Origin: a virus
Length of the DNA: 64,000 bases
Direction: 5' to 3' (one strand)
Virus record (IMG/VR): IMGVR_UViG_3300008267_000004
Span: 32,001-96,000 of that record
Part shown: positions 42,030-50,844 of the stretch, piece by piece
Layout of the letters: every line of letters begins with the position of its first letter
Position numbering within the stretch: the stretch's first letter is position 1
Notes under the pieces: model-generated
Told to the model about the DNA's origin: nothing
The model's input: only the letters and a program-made list of their open reading frames with translations
Databases searched by the model: none
Translations under genes and position numbers: made by a program

Positions 42030-42103
42030 TGGTGGACCGAGTGGGAATCGAACCCACAAGACCGCCGTGCAAAGGCGGCAGTTTACCATTAGCTTACCAG
42101 CCC
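42030..42103 (-). tRNA. trnA: tRNA-Ala(UGC)
   Basis: 74-nt cloverleaf; anticodon arm CCGCC-TTTGCAC-GGCGG; G3:U70 pair, A73, encoded CCA. Confidence 0.95.
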
Positions 42104-42106
42104 AAT

Positions 42107-42250
42107 TTATTTTTTATTTTGATTCTCCAAACATTGCTTATCAATATATTGTATATAAGGCTCTGTGTATTTATAGCCACCATCCATATTAGCTACTAAA
42201 TCTTGGCAGTATGTAATACATAAATATATAAAACACTTTGTCGCTAACAT
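42107..42250 (-). CDS. Small hypothetical protein (47 aa, not in track)
   Basis: Translated by hand; ATG overlaps the upstream stop. Confidence 0.5.
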   Translation of the reverse strand: MLATKCFIYLCITYCQDLVANMDGGYKYTEPYIQYIDKQCLENQNKK

Positions 42251-42492
42251 TACTTCGTTAAACACTCCAACGCAAGTATATCTTCATCTGGAACTGATCC
42301 AACTATTTTACAAACATATTGATTTACTACATTTTTCTTTACATAATCTGGTTGTTTTTTACCATATACTACAACACCAATTATTACACCTAACGTAACT
42401 AATGCAACACCTAAATAAAATTTTATTTTTCTCTTAGCTAGAACTATTTGTGTATCTAATTTAGATGTTGGTTCTTTTTTCTTTTTTGTCAT
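42250..42492 (-). CDS. Small membrane protein
   Basis: Start MTKKKK at 42492 with AAGGAG RBS; one TM helix. Confidence 0.7.
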   Translation of the reverse strand: MTKKKKEPTSKLDTQIVLAKRKIKFYLGVALVTLGVIIGVVVYGKKQPDYVKKNVVNQYVCKIVGSVPDEDILALECLTK

Positions 42493-42524
42493 GACCACTA
42501 TCTCCTTGCAATAAATAGTCACCA

Positions 42525-42660
42525 AAACAAGAACCAGCTTTTTATCAAGAAGCTGGAAACTTGTGTCGATCAAGACAAGTTTACGGTGGCCGAATCACCG
42601 AATCTTTTTTCTATGGATTGATCGCCCAGAAAGAAAACATAGAAGGTAGATTAAACCTAA
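42525..42660 (-). ncRNA. Candidate structured ncRNA (five hairpins, loop-loop complementarity)
   Basis: Five consecutive stems directly 3' of tRNA-Gly; loop CGATCAA complementary to loop TTGATCG. Confidence 0.55.
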
Positions 42661-42661
42661 T

Positions 42662-42736
42662 TGGAGCGGGTGGACGGATTTGAACCGACGACATCTAGTT
42701 TGGAAGACTAGAGTTCTACCACTGAACTACACCCGC
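42662..42736 (-). tRNA. trnG: tRNA-Gly(UCC)
   Basis: GCGGGTG/CACCCGC acceptor, CTAGT-CTTCCAA-ACTAG anticodon arm, U73, encoded CCA. Confidence 0.95.
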
Positions 42737-42737
42737 A

Positions 42738-42929
42738 TTATTCTACAGCAGTAGCTGTTTCTGTGTTAGTTGTAGTATCCGTAACTACATCGGTATCTAC
42801 AACAGTTTCTGAAGACGTATCCACACCAACATCAGTAGAAGTTGTTGGATCGTTTACACAAGCTACTACACAACCAGCAATCATTGCTAAAATTCCTACT
42901 ACAATTACTTTTTTCATATTTATTTGCAT
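42738..42929 (-). CDS. Small putative lipoprotein, Thr/Val/Asp-rich
   Basis: MKKVIVVGILAMIAGC lipobox-like signal. Confidence 0.6.
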   Translation of the reverse strand: MQINMKKVIVVGILAMIAGCVVACVNDPTTSTDVGVDTSSETVVDTDVVTDTTTNTETATAVE

Positions 42930-43132
42930 CCTTTGTTATAGTTAATTGTTTCCATTACTTCCTCTGCGAGGAAGTCAAACTCTCTTGTTTCTGGGTCTGG
43001 GCAGACATTTTTGCTTATTCTTTCCAGACATTGAACGGAATATGGATCACACTCCTTCACACTTAAGGTATTTTGCTCTTCTTTTAGGCAACTAACTAGT
43101 AATAGTGAAGATAAAAAGACAATTTTTTTCAT
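42920..43132 (-). CDS. Small putative lipoprotein
   Basis: MKKIVFLSSLLLVSC lipobox. Confidence 0.65.
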   Translation of the reverse strand: MKKIVFLSSLLLVSCLKEEQNTLSVKECDPYSVQCLERISKNVCPDPETREFDFLAEEVMETINYNKGCK

Positions 43133-43134
43133 GT

Positions 43135-43728
43135 TTATTCCATAATCTTATCTACAAGACCATACTTGAGACAAGTTTTTGCATCCATATATATATCACG
43201 TTTTAAAATTTCTTTTAAGACACTTTTTGGTATTTTTGTATATTTTGTATAAATTTCATTGATTGTATTCATGAACATTGTTGCATTTTCAATTTCGTCT
43301 TTCATACTCTCAAATTTACCCCACATACCGGCAGATAGTTGATGAATAAGCATAACAGAATGTTTTGTAATTGAACGCTTTTTTGCAACAACACTCATAA
43401 GCGTTGCAGCAGAAGCTGCATGACCCTCAATAATAGAATGCACTGGGGCTTTACTGTTTCTAATGTAGTCAATTGCAGAAAAACAGTCTAGCAAACTTCC
43501 ACCACCGCTATTAATGTGTAGTTTGATTTCTGGTGTTGGAATATCTAGCTCAATTCCAGTAAGGACTAGAGCTTTTGACGTTGAAGCGATTTTTTTATTT
43601 AGTTCAAAAATTGACTTCTTCGAAACTCCAGCATAGAAATAAATATTATTATCGTTATCTTCTACATCGCTAGACTCATCAACTGAGTCTTCATCTAATT
43701 TTGGATTTGCATTAAGAATATATTTCAT
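43135..43728 (-). CDS. clpP: ClpP-family serine protease
   Basis: HINSGGGS, GHAASAA (Ser), MLIHQ (His), RDIYM-A..LKYGLVDKI. Confidence 0.85.
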   Translation of the reverse strand: MKYILNANPKLDEDSVDESSDVEDNDNNIYFYAGVSKKSIFELNKKIASTSKALVLTGIELDIPTPEIKLHINSGGGSLLDCFSAIDYIRNSKAPVHSIIEGHAASAATLMSVVAKKRSITKHSVMLIHQLSAGMWGKFESMKDEIENATMFMNTINEIYTKYTKIPKSVLKEILKRDIYMDAKTCLKYGLVDKIME

Positions 43729-43740
43729 TTTTTATCCCTA

Positions 43741-44049
43741 TTATTTGTTGTTCTTCTTGTTTTTCTTGCTAAACATTTTTTCTTCTAGAGCTTCTAACTC
43801 AGCTTTAGCATTTTGATCAATACGAGACTTAACAACAAACAGGGTTCCACCCTCACCGCAACGTTTTACTTTAAATTGCATCATACCAGCACGGTCTTGT
43901 GACCGTAGTGACTTACGCATTGCATCAGCTTCCTCAAAGCTTGAAAAATAACGTACATTCGTCCATGAATCACCATTCTTCACTTCATCCTTAGTAACAG
44001 TCACGATTGTCTCCTCGGCACAGCGGCCATTGTTTGAGTATAATACCAC
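43741..44049 (-). CDS. Hypothetical protein
   Basis: ORF in context; true start probably a GTG after GAGGAG near 44005. Confidence 0.6.
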   Translation of the reverse strand: MVLYSNNGRCAEETIVTVTKDEVKNGDSWTNVRYFSSFEEADAMRKSLRSQDRAGMMQFKVKRCGEGGTLFVVKSRIDQNAKAELEALEEKMFSKKNKKNNK

Positions 44050-44052
44050 GGC

Positions 44053-44105
44053 AAAAAACTCCCGTCAACAGGAAAAAATCCTGTAAAATATAAACTCTGA
44101 CGGGA
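44053..44105 (-). terminator. Hairpin terminator 3' of tmRNA
   Basis: TCCCGTCA...TGACGGGA stem enclosing ACAGGA/TCCTGT, followed by GTTTTTT. Confidence 0.6.
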
Positions 44106-44117
44106 TAGTATAAAATT

Positions 44118-44406
44118 TGGTGGAGATGCGGGGAGTCGAACCCCGGTCCAAAAATACGTATTCTACAAAATGATACACAGGATTATCTTACAAGATATTA
44201 CAATTTATTACAGTTTAAAACAAAATTGCAACTTTTCTGTTTCGAGGCAAGTTGCCAGCCCAAGAATTACGCAGCTAGGGCGTAGAATTCAGAGTCAACG
44301 TCATCGTTGGCTTTTGTGTTGTTGAACCGTTTATTAAAGTCTGTAGCTGTTCGCAGACTTCCTGCATTTTGTTTTTAGTTACCTTTGTCGAAACCAAGTC
44401 ATCCCC
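44118..44406 (-). ncRNA. ssrA: tmRNA, tag peptide ANDDVDSEFYALAA
   Basis: 5' GGGGATGA..TTCGAC; 3' GGGGTTCGACTCCCCGCATCTCCACCA; pk1 AAGTCTG/CAGACTT with GAAC/GTTC; tag frame GCC AAC GAT...GCT GCG TAA. Confidence 0.95.
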
Positions 44407-44419
44407 AAATTACGCACCT

Positions 44420-44448
44420 ATTATAGCGCGCTAAAATAGCAGCGTCAA
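44420..44448 (-). promoter_or_regulatory. Sigma-70 promoter of ssrA
   Basis: TTGACG-17 nt-TATAAT. Confidence 0.85.
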
Positions 44449-44456
44449 GAACTTTT

Positions 44457-44675
44457 TTATTCTATTTCTATAGGTTCTTTGCAGAGACATTTCTTTTTAG
44501 AGAATGTCTCTATAATATCTTTAGGTTTACAAATTTCTCTACATTCATCTAAATGTTTTTCAATTTTATTAGAATCACATTTAATAACACCAATTATTAA
44601 CATCATTAGCAAAAAATAAGATAAAAATATAACTAAATTTATACTAATTTTTTTATTACTTATACCATCATCCAT
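44457..44675 (-). CDS. Small membrane protein with Cys-rich C-terminus
   Basis: TM helix followed by CxxxC..CxC. Confidence 0.6.
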   Translation of the reverse strand: MDDGISNKKISINLVIFLSYFLLMMLIIGVIKCDSNKIEKHLDECREICKPKDIIETFSKKKCLCKEPIEIE

Positions 44676-44688
44676 GATCGTTCTCCAA

Positions 44689-45291
44689 CTAACCAGCTGA
44701 TAGAACTTTTAATGCCCTTTCTGAATAAATTACTCTTTGATCGTGATGCAATTTAGCTGTTCCATTTACTCTTTTAGTAACTTCGTCAAGATTCCAATCA
44801 TCAGCAAATTTTAGTAGCGAACGATCTTTAAAATATTGACAAGCTATTTTTACAGAAACTTCTGGTGTTGCTGCTAGTTCTGGATTTCCGATTAAATCAA
44901 TTCCTAGTTTTTTACCATACGAATCGTAATTTGCTCTACCTGTTAATTGAAGAACGCCGCGCCCAATAAACTTTGGGCCATCTCCAGGTGTTGTATTTCC
45001 CAAGTTTTTGCGACCCTCGTACAAAGTTCCAGTAGGTTCATTTGGGTTTTTTGGATCTTTTTTATTCCATTTAGAAGGAAGTTCTTTATCATATTTTAAC
45101 TCTCCAGACTCTACTGCTACTTGTCCTAAAAAAGCTGCAATACGTTTTGGTGTATTGATATTAAATGTAGGCCATACTTTATTAAAGGCTTCAGTATAAT
45201 ATTTTATTTTATCAGGTTTGCAATTAGGATAAATCTTTTTTAGTTGATCCTCTGTTATTAGACTCATTATTATCGTTTCCTTTGGGATCAT
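44689..45291 (-). CDS. GH19 endolysin
   Basis: AAFLGQVAVESG, GNTTPGDGPKFIGRGVLQLTGRANY, VTKRVNG. Confidence 0.9.
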   Translation of the reverse strand: MIPKETIIMSLITEDQLKKIYPNCKPDKIKYYTEAFNKVWPTFNINTPKRIAAFLGQVAVESGELKYDKELPSKWNKKDPKNPNEPTGTLYEGRKNLGNTTPGDGPKFIGRGVLQLTGRANYDSYGKKLGIDLIGNPELAATPEVSVKIACQYFKDRSLLKFADDWNLDEVTKRVNGTAKLHHDQRVIYSERALKVLSAG

Positions 45292-45628
45292 TAAAATAGT
45301 CCCTTAAACCATAATTAGTTAGATAACGATAAAATGTTTTACTATCTAGTCCTAAAAATTGAATTGCTTTTGTTTTAGATTGAGTTGATGCTAATGCATA
45401 TCTTAGCATTGCGTCTTTTACAATAAAACTTAATGATCTCCATAATGGTAAGCCGTATAAATTACTTCCTACAGATTTACTTACTAACTCTAATTTAAGA
45501 GCAATTATTTCTTCAAATGTTAAGTTTGATAACATTATTTCAAATATATCATTACTTTTATTTTCTTCTCTAAGTTTTTTAACTATAGAAAACTTATCTC
45601 TAGGAGCGGCTTTTTTCGCCATTTGCAA
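45224..45628 (-). CDS. Protein with C-terminal Fis-type HTH
   Basis: YALASTQSKTKAIQFLGLDSKTFYRYL. Confidence 0.6.
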   Translation of the reverse strand: MQMAKKAAPRDKFSIVKKLREENKSNDIFEIMLSNLTFEEIIALKLELVSKSVGSNLYGLPLWRSLSFIVKDAMLRYALASTQSKTKAIQFLGLDSKTFYRYLTNYGLRDYFNDPKGNDNNESNNRGSTKKDLS

Positions 45629-45884
45629 TTCCTAAAAGCGCATATCCAGCAATATCACGCCAAGGTGATTCACCAAACGCATCTTTATTTGTAGCTATAC
45701 GAAATAATTTATCAATTACTCGAATAATAGCAAGAGCGTCCGTGTACTGTTCAGGTTTAATACCATTAGGGTACAGGACGCTCAAAATTTTATAACTCTC
45801 TGCAAACGAGCTACCATATGCAGCATTTTTTTCTTGTACTAATTTTCCTACTTCTTCCGCTATTTGTATATATGTTTTGTTCAT
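45600..45884 (-). CDS. DUF1599/nucleotide-modification-associated helical protein
   Basis: KNAAYGSSF..DKLFRI..WRDIAGYALL. Confidence 0.65.
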   Translation of the reverse strand: MNKTYIQIAEEVGKLVQEKNAAYGSSFAESYKILSVLYPNGIKPEQYTDALAIIRVIDKLFRIATNKDAFGESPWRDIAGYALLGIANGEKSRS

Positions 45885-45928
45885 AAAAACAGTATACTAT
45901 AGAAAAAAAGTACAGTAAAGAAAGAAAA

Positions 45929-46537
45929 TTATGGAGGGCTTCCTACTATAATTTTAGTTACTCTTTTATCTCCAATAGTTCTAGTATACCATCCATCTCC
46001 ATAATCTACAGAAGGATCTGGGTGTTTTCCTCTAAATTCAATATCGTCTTGGGGTAGATTTTTTAATAAAGCTCTTATTTCTTTTTCAGAAGAGACATAC
46101 TCTAACCCTAATTTTTTTATTGCTATATTAGCTGGAGCACCAGAAACTTCTATCCAACTTCCTGGATTTCCGAAGAAATCTTTCATCAGCTTTCTAACAG
46201 CTGCTTTACCATCTTGTGATTCATCGGAAACAATTGCAGAAGCTTTTTTTGAACCACCCCAATCTGTATAATAAATTCCTGCATCTGGTTCAGGATCTTC
46301 ATCTACATCTATTAGATAGAAATTTGTAAATCTTTTCTTTAGTGCTTCGGGTGTTTCTAAACCTTTCCAGCCGCCCATAAATTGGTAGCTGTTCTGTAAC
46401 ATATCTACCAAACTATCCTCTAAATCTTTTATAGAAGAAAAAGAAGATTTAATGTCTTTAGGTTCATTTTTTATACCTAATTTAGACATTTCTTCTAGTA
46501 TGATTTTTTTTAATTTTGAACTAGAAATTTTAAGCAT
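45929..46537 (-). CDS. Hypothetical protein with KKIILEE-type leader
   Basis: 202-aa ORF. Confidence 0.6.
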   Translation of the reverse strand: MLKISSSKLKKIILEEMSKLGIKNEPKDIKSSFSSIKDLEDSLVDMLQNSYQFMGGWKGLETPEALKKRFTNFYLIDVDEDPEPDAGIYYTDWGGSKKASAIVSDESQDGKAAVRKLMKDFFGNPGSWIEVSGAPANIAIKKLGLEYVSSEKEIRALLKNLPQDDIEFRGKHPDPSVDYGDGWYTRTIGDKRVTKIIVGSPP

Positions 46538-46541
46538 TATT

Positions 46542-46733
46542 TTATTCCGCTACTGTTTGTTTTTTCTTTTTAGGTTTAACCTCTACATTATTTTCAACAT
46601 CTGGTATTACAACAACTTCTTCATTTTTATCTTCTTCTAAAATAATCTCTGACTCTTTAACAGTTTCTTTTTCCATTGCAGATCTATATGCCTGCACTTT
46701 TCTAGCTTTTTTTCTTTTATGTGGATTTCCCAT
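46542..46733 (-). CDS. Small charged protein
   Basis: 63-aa ORF filling the gap, with RBS. Confidence 0.55.
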   Translation of the reverse strand: MGNPHKRKKARKVQAYRSAMEKETVKESEIILEEDKNEEVVVIPDVENNVEVKPKKKKQTVAE

Positions 46734-46779
46734 AATTATTTCTCCTTAACTTCAAAATTTTAGTAGAGTACAAATGTAT

Positions 46780-47586
46780 CTATGTCGCCTCTTCTTCCCC
46801 ACCTAGTTCAGCCCCTGGTTCTTCTTCTGGCATTTCTGCTGGAGCTTCGGCAGGACCGCCTCCTAACATTGAAGCTTTTTTCTGTTTCTCTTCTTCATAC
46901 TCAGGAGTTGTTGGCTCTTCTAGATTTTTTTGTAATTCGTCTTCAAACTTATCAAAATATAATTTTAAGTTTGTTATTAGATAATCATAAAAAACTTCCC
47001 TATCCTCATCTTTTCCAAGTAAGGAATAAGAATCTAAAATTTGTTTTTGAATCTTTTGAAATGCACGTAAAGCAAAACCTCTACCGGTTGGATCCTCTCC
47101 TGCTATAGGCATAAAAGCATCTTCTGGTTTTGGTTCTGATGCTTGTTTTTCTTTAGCTTTTTTCTCTTTTTCAATATCAATAAAGGCTGGATCATCTTCA
47201 ACTGGTGCTTTCTCTTCCGCTTCTGTGATCGCTACTTGTTGTTGTGGAGTGGCACCTCTAGCTTTATCGTGTTTAAAATATATAGATTCTGTAGAAAGTA
47301 AATTTTGTACAGCTCTAAGGATATGTGATCTAAAAGATTTTCTTTGGTTAACATCTGTAGTTAAACGTTTATAACTTGCTTCTAAGATAGGAACAATTGT
47401 TTTTAACAAATCTTCTAATACGTTGACACCTGTTGATTCATGAGGTGAAACTTCTTCTACTTCACGTAGAATTTTTCTAATATATCTTCTTAACCTCATT
47501 TCTTCTTTTAATTTTGTTTTTTGTTCGCCTTTAATTTTTCGCGCGATCTCTCTTACGGCTTCTCTAATTTTATCTACAGAATTCAT
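46780..47586 (-). CDS. Hypothetical protein, probably head-associated
   Basis: 268-aa ORF; acidic Pro/Ala/Glu tail. Confidence 0.6.
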   Translation of the reverse strand: MNSVDKIREAVREIARKIKGEQKTKLKEEMRLRRYIRKILREVEEVSPHESTGVNVLEDLLKTIVPILEASYKRLTTDVNQRKSFRSHILRAVQNLLSTESIYFKHDKARGATPQQQVAITEAEEKAPVEDDPAFIDIEKEKKAKEKQASEPKPEDAFMPIAGEDPTGRGFALRAFQKIQKQILDSYSLLGKDEDREVFYDYLITNLKLYFDKFEDELQKNLEEPTTPEYEEEKQKKASMLGGGPAEAPAEMPEEEPGAELGGEEEAT

Positions 47587-47589
47587 ATT

Positions 47590-49746
47590 TTATTCCTCTT
47601 TATCGTTGTTTATTTTAGCAGGAAAGCCAGCAACAGCACCAGCAGACATCTGTTCTTTGTTGAGGTGTTTAAAATAATTTACTTGCTTTTCTCTTTTTGA
47701 TGCTCCAACTTTAGAATCATAACATCCTAAATTTTTTTTATTTTTCTTGGAAATTAAGCAATACTTATCGCCTATTTTTTTTATTGTTTCGGAAATTATA
47801 TCATAAATCAATGATTCTGTAATTCCATCAGAAGAAAACATAGAAAGTATTTTTTCTGCAATTTTCTTTTTTTCTTTTCCAAAATCATCTGGTATAAAAT
47901 TCATTAAACTCTTTATATCTTTTTCCGATATTGCTTTACGCATATCAGTAGCAGATAAATTTTCAAAAGGTTTTACAGGAACAACTTCAACTTTTACACC
48001 TTCTCTAGCGTATTTTTGAGCATTTGCTTTAAAACGTGAATCGTCTCCGCCTTTTGTACTAGTTCCTAAAATAACCGTTTCTCCTTTTTGTGCATATTCT
48101 GGTTTGTCTTCTTCATTACCAACAAATGCAAAACTTGCACCAACTGGTGAATTAATAGGAGACTCTAATACCTCAACCATATCTGCTATTCCAGCCTCAC
48201 TTAGAAAAATGTCAAATATTTTTTTAGATGTTTCAAATGATACAGGACGATTATCTGGCAACATACGTGGAAGTGGAGATACTAGTACGACAACACGTTT
48301 TGCCATATTTGCATATGAAGCAATCATATCAATATGACCTTTATGTGGAGGTTTAAAAGCCCCAGGTATGACTGCAACATCTGCCAATTTAAGTGCTATT
48401 TCATTTATATTTTTATCTTTCTTTTCTTGTAACGAATCTTTTTTAATTGGTGGAACTTTGCCGCGACCGTATTTGAAGAGACCTAAAATTTGATTTACGG
48501 GCGCAAAGTTACCTGTAAATTTATAGGTAACACCGTCGTAATCAAAAACAAAACCTTCCGCCGTTGCAGTAACATTATCTGCTGACTTTAACTTTTTTAA
48601 TTGGTGTGATAGTATGCCCATAGCCTCTTCATTGCCTGAGCCTTGAATGGCTGTAATTGCAGAATGTACTTCACCTCTCAATCTTTTAACTTCTCTAGAA
48701 TTATCTAAAATAAATGCACTTTCAAGGCCGCGTAACATCTCGGTAGCAAAATCTGAAACAATCATTTCAATTGGTGTTATAGCTGCTTTTAACATATTAG
48801 ACATGCTAGTTGCATTTAGTAAATTTTCTTTAGCATAATTTTTTTGTTCTGGTGTTAGCTTTTTAACTATATCAGTAATTTTTATTCCGCTAACTCCTAA
48901 TATTCTTTTAGCGATGTTCATCTTGGCATAAGGATCTACTTGACCAATCTCAGCAGAAGCACGATCTAAAATAGAACTTATTAATATATAAATTCTAGCC
49001 ATCATAAATTCTGATATAGTAGACTCATCACTTAAAAATAATTCTTTGTTTCCGATCAAATAATTTACAGAAGATATAACAGAATTTAATCTGCTTATAG
49101 CTGTATTAAGAGGTGCATTATTTGACAATGCAGATAACCTTCTAACAGCATTTACTTGAACACCATAATCTTCATTTTTTAATCTTTCTTGTGCTGTAGA
49201 AATAATAGATTCTAATTTGGTAGCCTTTGCAGATAGGTCAACCTGTAAGCGTTCACCGGTAGTTCTATTAAATTCAGCATGACCAGCCCTATGAATAACT
49301 AATGTTTTTGTATCATAGTTTATAACATTTGGAGTTCTTGGGTCCATAACCTCAGCATTGTAGTATATACTAGTATCTTCTCCAAATAATTCTATTTGTT
49401 CTTCATAAGAAATTCCTTGAATAGCTCTTTCAAAAGCTTTTAAGGCATCTTTAAATGTTTCTTTTAAGGCTGGATTTGCACGATCAGCAAATTTAGCTGC
49501 AAGTTGTTCTGGTGTTAAACCTCCACTTTTAATTTCTGTTTTGTTTCTAACGCCTTTTGCTCTACCATCTTTTACAGAATATGAGATCATAAGATTTTGA
49601 CCATCAGTTTTTTCTGTACCTTCTAGTTTACCGGCAGCAGCAGCTGTAAAAATTTCTTTCATCTTTGTAAAGGTTAGATCGCCGTTATCATAAAGATGAT
49701 TCATATGACCAGCAGCACCACCCTCAACTAATAAATCTAAATTCAT
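47590..49746 (-). CDS. Fusion of a KxDG-motif (DUF6267-like) domain and an HxGH cytidylyltransferase-like domain
   Basis: EGGAAGHMNH..EKTDGQN in the N-terminal part; IPGAFKPPHKGH..SATDMR in the C-terminal part. Confidence 0.7.
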   Translation of the reverse strand: MNLDLLVEGGAAGHMNHLYDNGDLTFTKMKEIFTAAAAGKLEGTEKTDGQNLMISYSVKDGRAKGVRNKTEIKSGGLTPEQLAAKFADRANPALKETFKDALKAFERAIQGISYEEQIELFGEDTSIYYNAEVMDPRTPNVINYDTKTLVIHRAGHAEFNRTTGERLQVDLSAKATKLESIISTAQERLKNEDYGVQVNAVRRLSALSNNAPLNTAISRLNSVISSVNYLIGNKELFLSDESTISEFMMARIYILISSILDRASAEIGQVDPYAKMNIAKRILGVSGIKITDIVKKLTPEQKNYAKENLLNATSMSNMLKAAITPIEMIVSDFATEMLRGLESAFILDNSREVKRLRGEVHSAITAIQGSGNEEAMGILSHQLKKLKSADNVTATAEGFVFDYDGVTYKFTGNFAPVNQILGLFKYGRGKVPPIKKDSLQEKKDKNINEIALKLADVAVIPGAFKPPHKGHIDMIASYANMAKRVVVLVSPLPRMLPDNRPVSFETSKKIFDIFLSEAGIADMVEVLESPINSPVGASFAFVGNEEDKPEYAQKGETVILGTSTKGGDDSRFKANAQKYAREGVKVEVVPVKPFENLSATDMRKAISEKDIKSLMNFIPDDFGKEKKKIAEKILSMFSSDGITESLIYDIISETIKKIGDKYCLISKKNKKNLGCYDSKVGASKREKQVNYFKHLNKEQMSAGAVAGFPAKINNDKEE

Positions 49747-49757
49747 TTTATAATTCC

Positions 49758-49946
49758 TTATTTTCTTTTAGAAGCAGTTACTGTGTAAGGTAAATTAGTT
49801 CCTTTTAGTGATAGAGGACCGTCTATGGTAAACAAAATAGGAGCAGAGCCAGAACTTTCCGGTGCTATATATTGTTGTTGTTCCTGAAACGAACCTGTAA
49901 TATCATCAATTACATAATTACTATAAGATTTAACTGGATTAGGCAT
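49758..49946 (-). CDS. Small hypothetical protein
   Basis: 62-aa ORF overlapping the upstream stop. Confidence 0.5.
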   Translation of the reverse strand: MPNPVKSYSNYVIDDITGSFQEQQQYIAPESSGSAPILFTIDGPLSLKGTNLPYTVTASKRK

Positions 49947-50811
49947 TTTTAATAAATCTTTCCATCAAAGTATTAAACACAAGATTTTCTTTTCTTTCAA
50001 AAACTTCTTTTAGTAGTCTTTCTTTTGTTTCAAACAAATTAGAATATGGAATCTTAGATTCTTCTAAAGATTCCTCTTCTTTTAATTCTTCTATATCTTT
50101 TCCTCTTTGGTGTTTAATGTGTTTTTTTGCATCTTCTTTTGCTTTCTTCTTAGCTTCCTCAACCTCTTTTTTTGAGGAACAAGATTTTTGTTCTTTAACT
50201 TTTTTTACAGGTTTTTTATTTTTAGACATGGCTTTTTGAATAGCCTCGCCACGCTTTTTTTCATATCCTGATAATTTATTATCTTTATTTAAATCTGCTT
50301 TCTCTTTGTCGATCTTTACATTTTCAGCCATAATATCTTTCTCCTTTTCTCTTTTTACTTTTAAAGAATCTGTCCAATCACGAAAAAACATATTTCCTCT
50401 CGTAAAAGCATCTTTCTCAGCTTTACGTAATTTTGGATCTGTTGATGCATAATCTATTTTATGAGTGTTGGATAAATTAATAGTTGCAGTAAATCCACTA
50501 CAATTTTGTTCGTGATGCACAACTTCGTGTGCAAAAGATCTTAACACATCTTTTGCATGTCTATCAGTTATAAATAAATGTATTTCTTCAGATTTAGGAT
50601 CATAAAATCCTGTTTTACCTAATAGATCTTCTGCATTTTCCTTGTCAGACTCTAAAAAAACTTTAGGATCTCTATCGATTTTTGGCATTTTTTCCTTTAA
50701 ATAAAGGTATAATTCTTTCATATAATCTTTCATTTCTTCTCTAGAAATTTTTTCTAATAATAAATATGCCATATTTTTTGCCAAAAAAAAACTACCTATG
50801 AACTTAATCAT
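49939..50811 (-). CDS. HExxH metallopeptidase-like protein
   Basis: RSFAHEVVHHEQ; later DLNKDNKLSGYE EF-hand/dockerin-like motif. Confidence 0.6.
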   Translation of the reverse strand: MIKFIGSFFLAKNMAYLLLEKISREEMKDYMKELYLYLKEKMPKIDRDPKVFLESDKENAEDLLGKTGFYDPKSEEIHLFITDRHAKDVLRSFAHEVVHHEQNCSGFTATINLSNTHKIDYASTDPKLRKAEKDAFTRGNMFFRDWTDSLKVKREKEKDIMAENVKIDKEKADLNKDNKLSGYEKKRGEAIQKAMSKNKKPVKKVKEQKSCSSKKEVEEAKKKAKEDAKKHIKHQRGKDIEELKEEESLEESKIPYSNLFETKERLLKEVFERKENLVFNTLMERFIKNA

Positions 50812-50844
50812 AAGTAGTTTCTAAAATGAATAAATGTATTTGTT

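Noticed and set aside
42030-42103. tRNA-Cys(GCA) reading of the anticodon
   Set aside because: The 5-bp stem places TGC at the anticodon, and G3:U70 with A73 are alanine identity elements.
42493-42573. N-terminal extension of ORF 42250..42573
   Set aside because: A strong RBS precedes the ATG at 42492, and the extension overlaps the hairpin-rich candidate ncRNA.
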